Part shown: positions 1 through 8,460 of the stretch, in pieces
Layout of the letters: each line of letters starts with the position of its first letter
Numbering within the stretch: position 1 is the stretch's first letter
NCBI RefSeq assembly: GCF_004010195.1
Contig: NC_057718.1
Span: 104,707,946-104,727,945 of the forward strand
Source: Chiloscyllium plagiosum
Taxonomy: Eukaryota
DNA: 20,000 nucleotides
Reading direction: 5' to 3'
The notes under the pieces: generated by a model
The model's database searches: none
What the model was told of the DNA's origin: nothing
The model's input: the letters and a program-made list of their open reading frames with translations, nothing else
Translations under genes and position numbers: made by a program

Positions 1-581
1 CAGCACAAGGGCCCACCTGGAAACCACCAACAGGCAGACTGCTGCCTCACACCAATGTCATACAAACTCTGTACTCTGTCAGTAATCCGCTCTGTAACAG
101 CCATCATCCTAGGTCCCCAGCTCCCCATGTCCTGCTACCCTTTGCCCTCTCGTGGAGATCAATGTGGTTCCTTGGTTCTGATCAAACAGCTGAAATATTG
201 GCACTTTCTTTTCAGAATTTCGCTTATTAAGTTCACTTTCCTCTTGCAATCTCAAACACCTCTTCACTCATCTCAAGTTCTATATAGGATTTTTAAAAAA
301 GTCTGCCTTGACATTTAAAACATTTTTCTTGCATTAACAGATTGTAAGTTAATGTCCCAGTTTTTGTTGTGGACAGACATGTGGATGAACAGAGTATCTG
401 ATGAGACTTTCCCCTTGTTCCACCATCAAAACATTCATTCTGATTTCTTCAGACTGTTATCGGGTTTCCCGGGGGACTTACACCCCGTTGCTCCCCTTTT
501 CAACTTGTTCCCATTTCCCACTTTCTGCTGATTTGTTGCTTCTTCACAAACACAAAGGGTGACAGAGGAAATATAGTGTGA

Positions 582-695
582 AAATAAAATACTGCAGCTG
601 CCACAAATCTGAAACAAAATCAGAGAGTGCTGAAGAAACTCAGCGGGTCTGGCAACATCTGTGGGGACAGGAACAGGGCTAATGTTTGGAGTCTG
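582..695 (-). mobile_element. Degenerate copy of short Penelope-like-derived element (subfamily B); hammerhead motif decayed
   Basis: aaatctgaaacaaaatcagagagtgctgaagaaactcagcgggtctggcaacatctgtgggg aligns by eye to the copies at 6296, 12697 and 17289. Strand is given relative to the hammerhead sense. Confidence 0.6.
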
Positions 696-728
696 CATGG
701 AGCGTGATGTGTTGATTCAGATTCACAG

Positions 729-820
729 ATGGAAATGTGTTGCTGGAAAAGCGCAGCAGGTCAGGCAGCATCTAGGGAACAGGAGAATCGACGTTTCGGG
801 CATTAGCCCTTCTTCAGGAA
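729..820 (-). mobile_element. 92-bp short element (Penelope-like-derived, subfamily A) with 16-bp TSD
   Basis: Flanked by the exact direct repeat tgattcagattcacag at 713-728 and 821-836. The body gctggaaaagcgcagcaggtcaggcagcatc...tcgacgtttcgggcattagcccttcttcagg matches the copies at 5439 and 18445. Confidence 0.85.
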
Positions 821-821
821 T
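783..821 (-). ncRNA. Candidate minimal type-I hammerhead ribozyme
   Basis: Minus strand reads AUUC-CUGAAGA-A-GGGC(UAAU)GCCC-GAAAC-GUC-GAUUCUC: both conserved core boxes, a 4-bp stem II, a minimal palindromic stem III and a GUC cleavage triplet. Stem I is imperfect. Confidence 0.65.
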
Positions 822-1075
822 GATTCAGATTCACAGCCAGACGTCAGGTCTCATGCTACATCCATTTTTGAAGAGCCGCTGTTTGGATGGGACGTTTGGA
901 GGAGAGCACATGCTGACAGAACAGTGTCCTCTTACAATCGAGTGCAGGGAGACCAGCCTGGAAAAAGAGGATTGAAAAAACGGAGGTAAAATGATTAAAA
1001 ATGTGGAGCTCGAGCTGCAGATCTCAGACACCGCAAACAACAATTCACAGCTGGGCCCGCTAGAGAGGATCTCCA

Positions 1076-1172
1076 GGGCCTTCTTGTGGCAGTGTCACTA
1101 CCCCTGGACCGCGAGGCCCAGGTTTAAGTCCCACCTGCTTCAGAGGTGTGTAATAACATCCACGAACAGGAT
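1076..1172 (+). mobile_element. Short degenerate tRNA-derived SINE
   Basis: gggccttcttgtggcagtgtcactacccctggacc...ccaggtttaagtcccacctgcttcagaggtgtgtaataacatc, with a box-B-like GGTTTAAGTCC and a partly deleted box A. Confidence 0.5.
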
Positions 1173-1229
1173 AACTTCAAACCATGGTGTCAATTGCCAT
1201 CAGACATGTCTGAATATTTATTCCCAAAG

Positions 1230-1612
1230 AAACAGGCATTTGGTTCAGTGAGCTGGAGAGTCCTTGAACCTTGTGTTGGTTCTGGGTATTTGCATCTCCT
1301 CTTTGGTTTTCTGAGAAAAAAATCCTTTCACTGTGCCTTTGGTCATAATTCAGCCCAACAATCCTGATATTTGGGCACCCGGGGAGGGCAGATCGGAGGA
1401 GCTCCCTGTGGGTCTGCTCCTGGGCCTGGCCAGGCTGGTTATAAACAGGTCCAGGCAGCGAGCCATGGAGGGGGTGGTCATCCCTGCCAACTGCCTGCCT
1501 GTCTTCTGCAGTTACCTTTGTGCGTGGGTGTCCTTGGAAAGGGAGCACACCATGTCCACCAATGGTGGGCACTGAAGGGTACAGTGCTTTAATTCCCCTC
1601 CCACTCCATCCT
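1230..1612 (+). mobile_element. Tx1-clade LINE ORF2 C-terminal fragment (frameshifted), copy 1
   Basis: Encodes FSPTILIFGHP..RSEELPVGLLLGLARLVINRSRQRAMEGVV..NCLPVFCSYLCAWVSLEREHTMSTN, homologous to the minus-strand element at 13219-13431. Confidence 0.75.
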
Positions 1613-1994
1613 AAACAGGCATTTGGTTCAGTGAGCTGGAGAGTCCTTGAACCTTGTGTTGGTTCTGGGTATTTGCACCTCCTCTTTGGTTTTCTGAGAA
1701 AAAAATCCTTTCACTGTGTCTTTGGTCATAATTCAGCCCAACAATCCTGATATTTGGGCACCCGGGGAGGCAGATCGGAGGAGCTCCCTGTGGGTCTGCT
1801 CCTGGGCCTGGCCAGGCTGGTTATAAACAGGTCCAGGCAGCGAGCCATGGAGGGGGTGGTCATCCCTGCCAACTGCCTGCCTGTCTTCTGCAGTTACCTT
1901 TGTGCGTGGGTGTCCTTGGAAAGGGAGCACACCATGTCCACCAATGGTGGGCACTGAAGGGTACAGTGCTTTAATTCCCCTCCCACTCCATCCT
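1613..1994 (+). mobile_element. Tx1-clade LINE ORF2 C-terminal fragment, tandem copy 2
   Basis: Nearly identical to 1230-1612 (2 substitutions and a 1-bp deletion seen). Confidence 0.75.
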
Positions 1995-2756
1995 GAGTGA
2001 GCCCCTTCCCCAGTTCTCTACCTCTTCCTCACCTACAGAATTATTGCACTGTCCCTGATGGTCTTTGCAGGTAATGTGATGCATTGGAAGGACGGGTGGT
2101 GAATGAAGGTGAAAGGTTACACAGAGCTGAGGGGGTGCATTGGCTTCAGAGTGAAAGTGCTTCTGTATATAAACCTCACAGCCACTGACCTTGCAGTGGG
2201 AACACAGTGAGCTGTCAGCTTTGGACCCATCCCTGACCTCAGTCTGATCATTTAGACAAAGGAGTCTCATCGACACCTCACCAGCTGATGCAATAAAGCT
2301 CACAATTTCACTTTTGTGACATCAATCTCGAAATAGCCAAATTTGTTTAATGAATTCTTGAAAGAGCGTGTATTTACATGAGCCCTTCCTGTACAGACAC
2401 AAGGTCAGTGCTCAGTGCATGGTCCTTCCCAGGAGACTGGTGGATTTTTCGGTGTACCATGGTTTCCATGGAGATACCTTGCTCCAGTGTAGTTTTCCCA
2501 GTTTATTAAATATGTGATTATTCCTGATGATGTTCTTACTGTCGCTGCGTGTCACTATAACTCTTTGTTCCTGGTCAGCAACCCCATTGGACTAGTTTTG
2601 CAGAAAAGAGATGATTTTGTGTATTTTGTTTTAACGTGATAAAGTAGTTCAGTACAATGTCATCTTGAATCCCATTACTTTCTCTAAACCTTGTTCGATT
2701 CATTAATTTTTATGCAGGAGTTTTCAGAGGTTTTGGTTGTGGATTTTTGCGCATTG

Positions 2757-3256
2757 NNNNNNNNNNNNNNNNNNNNNNNNNNNNNNNNNNNNNNNNNNNN
2801 NNNNNNNNNNNNNNNNNNNNNNNNNNNNNNNNNNNNNNNNNNNNNNNNNNNNNNNNNNNNNNNNNNNNNNNNNNNNNNNNNNNNNNNNNNNNNNNNNNNN
2901 NNNNNNNNNNNNNNNNNNNNNNNNNNNNNNNNNNNNNNNNNNNNNNNNNNNNNNNNNNNNNNNNNNNNNNNNNNNNNNNNNNNNNNNNNNNNNNNNNNNN
3001 NNNNNNNNNNNNNNNNNNNNNNNNNNNNNNNNNNNNNNNNNNNNNNNNNNNNNNNNNNNNNNNNNNNNNNNNNNNNNNNNNNNNNNNNNNNNNNNNNNNN
3101 NNNNNNNNNNNNNNNNNNNNNNNNNNNNNNNNNNNNNNNNNNNNNNNNNNNNNNNNNNNNNNNNNNNNNNNNNNNNNNNNNNNNNNNNNNNNNNNNNNNN
3201 NNNNNNNNNNNNNNNNNNNNNNNNNNNNNNNNNNNNNNNNNNNNNNNNNNNNNNNN
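2757..3256. other. Assembly gap (500 N)
   Basis: Exactly 500 N. The round number suggests a placeholder of unknown true size. Confidence 0.99.
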
Positions 3257-3262
3257 GGAGGG

Positions 3263-3384
3263 CTTCACCCCAAACACTGGAAACGCTGAACAACAACAAG
3301 CCAGACTGAATGTGGCCCAGACAGCCCATGAGCTGATCAACATGGTGAGACTTCACCCAGAACACTGGAAATGTTGAACAACAA
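3263..3384 (+). repeat. Imperfect 34-bp direct repeat, period 88 bp, adjacent to the gap
   Basis: cttcaccccaaacactggaaacgctgaacaacaa (3263-3296) vs cttcacccagaacactggaaatgttgaacaacaa (3351-3384), 30/34 identical. Confidence 0.85.
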
Positions 3385-3707
3385 ACCATCATGTTTCTGA
3401 AGAAAACAAGTAGCCTAAGCCATTTGGAGGAAACAGCAGCTGCCCCCTCCAGCTACACGCCTGATTGGTCAGGTTGGGTTTGCGAATAGGGATAGCTCCC
3501 CTATTTGACCGTGAGGGTTATACCAGGAAGGGCTGGGTTTAATGATGAGTCTTTTTTTTCCCTATCCAGAGTGCTCTTAGACACAGCTCTCACCATCACC
3601 AAATCACCCTGCCATTTCCTGTTCCTTTATCTATTAACTGCCCCCAACAAATCACCCGAGTAGCCAATGGGATACTTACTGATGACCCCTAACACACTGA
3701 CCAGTGT

Positions 3708-3776
3708 GGAGTGCATCATTTCTCCCTCCAATTCTATTTTGATTTAGTCCCTACCCTCCCCTTCACTGAAAAAAAA
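3708..3776 (+). mobile_element. 69-bp 5'-truncated Tx1-derived insertion with A-tail and 17-bp TSD
   Basis: The TSD aacacactgaccagtgt lies at 3691-3707 and 3777-3793. The insert ggagtgcatcatttctccctccaattctattttgatttagtccctaccctccccttcactg+A matches the reverse complement of ~13228-13290. Confidence 0.85.
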
Positions 3777-4025
3777 AACACACTGACCAGTGTAAACCAG
3801 GTGCTGAGCATGGAGTTAGGAAATGCAACACATCTGAAAAATGCCCAGGCTTTATTAATAGAACATTGGAACCATGATCAGGAAGCAGAATATTTGATAC
3901 CCCTCCATACGCTTCGTAAAAAGGTTTGGGGGGAAACCCCAGGAAAATTCCAACCTGTTTCCCTCCACAGGTCCTGCCTGAGGTGGCGGCTCGTCCCTGG
4001 ACTTCCTGGTTTTGCCTTTCTATTT

Positions 4026-4891
4026 AGAGTCATAGAGATGTACAGCATGGAAACAGACCCTTCGGTCCAACCTGTCCATGCCGACCAGATATCCCAACCC
4101 AATCTAGTCCCACATGCCAGCATCGGCCCATAGCCCTCCAAACCCTTCCTATTCATATACCCATCCAAATGCCTCTTAAATGTTGCAATTGTACCAGACT
4201 CCACCACATCCTCTCGCAGTTCATTCCATACACGTACCACCCTCTATGTGAAAAGGTTGCGCCTTAGGTCTCTTTTATATCTTTCTCCTCTCGCCCTAAA
4301 TCTGTGCCCTCTAGTTCTGGACTCCCTGACCCCAGGGAAAAGACTTTGCCTAATGACCCAATCCATGCCCCTCATAATTTTGTAAACCTATATAAGGTCA
4401 CCCCTCAGCCTCCAACGCTCCAAGGAAAACAGCCCCAGTCTGTTCAGCCTCTCCTGTAGCTTAAATCCTCCGACCCTGGCAACATCCTTGTAAATCTTTT
4501 CTGAACGCTTTCAAATTTCACAACATCTTTCTGATAGGAAGGAGACCAGAATTGCATGCAATATTCCAACAATGTCCTATACAGCCGCAACATGACCTCC
4601 CAACTCCTGTACTCAATACTCTGACCAATAAAGGAAAGCATACCAAACACCTTCTTCACTATCCTATCTACCTGCGACTCCACTTTCAAGGAGCTATGAA
4701 CCTGCACTCCAAGGTCTCTTTGTTCAGCTACACTCCCTCGGACCTTACCATTAAGTGTATAAGTCCTGCTAAGATTTGTTTTCCCAAAATGCAGAACCTC
4801 GCATTTATCTGAATTAAACTCCATCTGCCACTTCTCAGCCCACTGGCCCATCTGGTCCAGATCCTGTTGTAATCTGAGGTAACCCTCTTCG
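4026..4891 (-). mobile_element. CR1 LINE 3' fragment (ORF2 C-terminal part plus 3' UTR), decayed
   Basis: Minus-strand peptides [42 protein letters not shown] and VRVWNELREDVVESGTIATFKRHLDGYM, with a ctctatgactcta tail. Same subfamily as 17379-18425. Confidence 0.93.
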
Positions 4892-4959
4892 TCTATCTTT
4901 TGGGTCTCTCTGAAAACAGAACATGGTTTCCTCGCCTGTCAAAGTCCTTGATAAATGTA

Positions 4960-5185
4960 AAAAACAAAAGTATTGCGGATGCTGCAAATCAGAAACAAAA
5001 ACAGCAATTACAGGACTGGAAAAGCTCAGCAAGACTGGCAGCATCTATGGAGAGAAAGCAGAGTTAACATGTTGAGTCCAATTTCTGACAAAGGGTCACT
5101 GGATCCAAAACTTTAACTCTGCTTTCTCTCCATTGAAGCTGCCAGACCTGCTGAGCTTTTCCAGCAATTGCTGTTTGTGTCTTTG
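4960..5185. mobile_element. Fold-back (inverted dimer) of the subfamily B short element
   Basis: Arms 5016-5067 and 5113-5164 are reverse complements at 48/52. The degenerate hammerhead-like ctgacaaagggtcactggatccaaaac lies between them. Confidence 0.85.
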
Positions 5186-5438
5186 ATCAATATCCCCGTC
5201 AGAATCCCCACCCCCAATCTGTCAGGTTGTCCCTGATTGGTATAAACTCCTTGTTCACACATCCTGCAACAATCTGCTCTAGCCTCTCTGAGCCTAGTCT
5301 GGATTACAGGCACTGTGTTCCATGTCTAATCTCAATAAGATTCTACACAATGTATTTGCTTTTTCGTCCCGTCCCCTGAATGATACGTCCTAGCGGTTTG
5401 TCTATTTGCTTCCCCACGCTCAACAAATGAGGCATTGA

Positions 5439-5548
5439 GAAAGTAGATCGGAATGAAGAGCGTGGCGATGGAAAAGCACAGCAGGTCAGGCAGCATCCGA
5501 GCAGCAGGAGATTGGACATTTCGGGTATAAGCCCCTTCATCAGGAGTC
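5439..5548 (-). mobile_element. Short element subfamily A with near-intact hammerhead motif and probable 12-bp TSD
   Basis: Minus strand reads CUC-CUGAUGA-AGGGGCUUAUACCC-GAAAU-GUC. Flanks are atgaggcattga (5427-5438) and atgagacattga (5549-5560). Confidence 0.75.
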
Positions 5549-5945
5549 ATGAGACATTGATCTAGAATGCTGCTGCCTTATGCCCACAGTGGAGCTGGGT
5601 GCATTCCCAATGAGCTGACCCCGAGCAGCAGCAGCAGCTGGTTTGTATTGGAGCTGCTGTTCCCAGCCAGTGCTGCCCTCGGCAGGGTTTGCTGCTCATG
5701 TGACTCCAGGCTGACTCTGTGGTTTCGGTTGCCTGCTTGTGGTCATGAATGCACCAACAGCAACAAAGACAAAAGTCTGCTACAGGCGCCACTGAAAATC
5801 GGGTCTGCAATTTCATTCTGACTCCCAGCCTGTCGGTACAAGCAAGACAGATCTGACACTGGCAGCAGCTCAAGGCCAGAAATGTTTAGACTAGAATGGA
5901 TTTTGTTTTTAAGGAACATACACACAGATCCTGGTGTTCCAGCAG

Positions 5946-5960
5946 TCTCTCTCTCTCTCT
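5946..5960. repeat. (TC)n microsatellite
   Basis: tctctctctctctct. Confidence 0.9.
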
Positions 5961-6295
5961 AAGAGAAGTTTCATAACCGGAAAAAGCAATTGAACAAGTG
6001 GCTAGGGGCTGGGTTATGGAAGCTGTGGGTTCGCCTGTAGACAGTTACCTGGCTCTGAGCCTATCAGAGTGACTGTATCAGCTCACAAGGCCAGGTCCTC
6101 TCACTTCACCGAAACTCCCAAGTTCAAACACAGCTTCACTTTCCTGTAACAACTTGCCCGGACAGTGACAGCACACACAAGCATCAGCTGCACTCTGGAG
6201 GAGGTGTACTCTTTACACGTTGCAACTTACAGGGTCTGCAGCAACAGAGAGAGTTGGGGGTGTCTCTACACAAAAAGGTGCAGAACTAATTCAGG

Positions 6296-6460
6296 CAAAA
6301 ACAGAAAGAGCTGTGGATACTGTAAATCAGAAACAAAAACAGAAATAGCTGGAAAAGCTCAACAGGTCTGGCAGCATCCGTGAAGACAAATCAGAGTTAA
6401 CTTTTCAGGTCGAGTGACCCTTCCTCAAAACTGATGGTACCTGGCTAGGAAGGGTCACTA
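6296..6460 (-). mobile_element. Short element subfamily B with start of an inverted second arm
   Basis: Body aaatcagaaacaaaaacagaaatagctggaaaagctcaacaggtctggcagcatcc...gagttaac. A perfect 13-bp inverted repeat agtgacccttcct (6413-6425) / aggaagggtcact (6447-6459) follows. Confidence 0.8.
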
Positions 6461-6468
6461 CCCCTTTT

Positions 6469-7047
6469 GGGCAGCACGTTGGCTCAGTGGTTAGCACTGC
6501 TTCCTCACAGCACCAGGGACCCAGGTTCAATTCACAGCCTCGGCTTCAGGTGACTCTCTGTGTGGAGTTTGCACATTCTCCCAGTGTCTGTGTGGGTTTG
6601 CTCTGAGATTCCTCCCACAGTCCAAAGATGTGCAGGTTTGGTGGAAAGGCCATGCTAAATTACCCGTACTGTGCAGGGACGTGCAGGTTAGGTGGAAAGG
6701 CCGTGCTAAATTACCCGTACTGTGCAGGGACGTGCAGGTTAGGTGGAAAGGCCGTGCTAAATTACCCGTACTGTGCAGGGACGTGCAGGTTAGGTGGAAA
6801 GGCCATGCTAAATTACCCGTACTGTGCAGGGACGTGCAGGTTAGGTGGAAAGGCCATGCTAAATTACCCGTACTGTGCAGGGACGTGCAGGTTAGGTGGA
6901 AAGGCCATGCTAAATTACCCGTACTGTGCAGGGACGTGCAGGTTAGGTCCATTAGTTAGCTGGGTGGGTTACTCTTCAGAGGGCCAGTGCGGACTTGTTG
7001 GGCCGAAGGGCCTGTTTTCACACTGTAGGGAATTCTCTGATTCTAAT
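6469..7047 (+). mobile_element. tRNA-derived V-SINE (HE1-like) with CR1-like 3' tail
   Basis: Box A tggctcagtgg and box B ggttcaattc, a V-domain-like tgtgtggagtttgcacattctcccagtgtctgtgtgggttt...cctcccacagtccaaagatgtgcagg, and tail ttgggccgaagggcctgtttt...ctgtagggaattctctgattcta. Confidence 0.9.
6630..6948 (+). repeat. 51-bp minisatellite, 6 full units plus 13 bp, inside the V-SINE
   Basis: Unit gtgcaggttaggtggaaaggccatgctaaattacccgtactgtgcagggac starts at 6630, 6681, 6732, 6783, 6834, 6885 and 6936 (partial). Confidence 0.97.
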
Positions 7048-7317
7048 GTGCTGTAGGTAGACCCACAATGCCCTTAGGGAGGGAATTCCAGGATTTTGAC
7101 CCAGCGACAGTGATATATTTCCAAGTAAGGATGTTGAGTGGCTTGGAGGGAAACGTACAGGTGGAGGTGTTTCCATGTACCTGCTGCCCTTGTCCTTCTG
7201 GATGGAAGGGGTCGTGGGTTTGGAAGGTGCTGTCTGAGGATCTTTGGTGAATTTCTGCAGTGCATCTTGTAGATGGTACACACTGCTGTTACTGGGCTTC
7301 GATGGTGGAGGGAGTGG
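7048..7317 (-). mobile_element. CR1/L2-group LINE ('family B') ORF2 C-terminal fragment
   Basis: CTIYKMHCRNSPKILRQHLPNPRPLPSRRTRAA; homologous to 15600-15880 and 16905-17190. Confidence 0.88.
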
Positions 7318-7349
7318 GTCCCAGGTACCCTGGCTGATATTTATCATCC

Positions 7350-7472
7350 ACAGAATCATACAGCACACAACCAAATCCTTTGGTCCAACCAGTCCGTGCT
7401 GAACATAATTCCAGACTAAATTGGTCCCAGTGCATGCTCCTGGCTCATCTCGCTCCAAGCCTTTCCTATTAT
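7350..7472 (-). mobile_element. CR1 3' UTR remnant
   Basis: cagaatcatacagcacacaaccaaatcctttggtccaaccagtccgtgctg...ctccaagcctttcctatt resembles the CR1 3' ends at 4026 and 17379. Confidence 0.7.
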
Positions 7473-8187
7473 CTCCTTATGGAGTTGCTGATTTGGGAGC
7501 TTGCTATGCGCAACATTGCTGCTGGAGTTCCTGCACGATCACACTCCAAAAGGCTGTCAGGAGGTGGCGATAGGCGCTGCAGAAATGCAAGTCCTTTATT
7601 TGAAGCTAATGCTGAAATGTGTCACAGTACGTGTTCCAGGAATCAAACCACGTTCTGATCGAAGATTTGGTTTGATTTTGCTGCTGTTATGTGCTTTACT
7701 AACCAGATGCCCTTTTCTGAATTCCGGGTTCCCCCATTGGTCGGGTGTTAGTGGAGGACACAGAGATACCGATATTTCAAGGGGGATTCCCCATTGCTGA
7801 GCTGGGTGGTAATTGTCAAATGGAGACGGCTGCAGACTGCAGCTCATGAGAGACTTTGATGCTGCTGCCGCCGCCAATGGAGAGTGTTAGTGTCTGTCTC
7901 TGAGGCTGGACCCAGACTAGAATTCGAGGCAGAGCCGGCTGAAGGCACAGTTTGGGTGGAGCAAGGCGAGGCTTTCTGCTTTTAATTGTAACTGTCCCCA
8001 CACCAAATAGAGATCAAAGAAGGAAAGGAAGACGATAGATGAATCTTACAATTACTCGAACAAGCACTGATGTCGGTGGAGTTAAAAGGCGCAGGGTAAC
8101 TCGAACTCTCTCCCACTTGGACCACTGGCCAGAGACAGGCACAGGATGTACTCTCATCAGCAGCTAATACTGCCTTTGGCCATCACA

Positions 8188-8460
8188 TTGTTACAGTCCA
8201 GAAGGTGACCATTCGGCCCATTGTGTCTGCACTAGTCCTCCTAATGAACAGCTCACTGTGTGCCATTCTCCCACTTTCTCTGCATCAACCTGCACACACT
8301 GCCTTTCTGGGAACAGACTAATTCCCTCTGGAGAGTGTCACTTGACCCTGTGCCTACCACAGTCTAAGGCACCGCGTTCCAGATGCCAAACATTCACTGC
8401 AGGAAAAAAAACCTTGCATTTCCAATTGTGTTAAACCTGCACTCTCTTGTCCTTGAATCC
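8188..8460 (-). mobile_element. Old CR1 3' fragment
   Basis: The tail motif acagtccagaaggtgaccattcggcccattgtgtctg is followed by taccacagtctaaggcaccgcgttccagat...cactgcaggaaaaaaa (reverse of the F.QRVV.IWNAL motif). Confidence 0.6.

Larger units (their letters stand above)
1230..1994 (+). repeat. Head-to-tail tandem duplication, unit 383/382 bp
   Basis: aaacaggcatttggttcagtgag starts at 1230 and at 1613. Both units end ccactccatcct. Confidence 0.97.

Noticed and set aside
2718..2756. Possible exon start after tttttatgcAG (EFSEVLVVDFCAL)
   Set aside because: Cut off by the gap and too short to support.
2684..3392. Long ORFs of 180-228 aa in the ORF track
   Set aside because: Artefacts of translating the 500-N gap.
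5560..5900. CAG/CTG-rich unique segment with short ORFs and E-box-like CAGCTG motifs
   Set aside because: No recognisable peptide or convincing splice pair, and the motifs are too common to call an enhancer.
6469..6545. tRNA gene
   Set aside because: The A/B boxes continue into a V-SINE body and LINE-like tail, and no proper acceptor stem is evident.
6527..7056. Repeat-protein ORFs or a CRISPR-like array
   Set aside because: The units are contiguous with no unique spacers and lie inside a SINE. The frames are open only because the 51-bp unit is a multiple of 3 and lacks stops in those frames.
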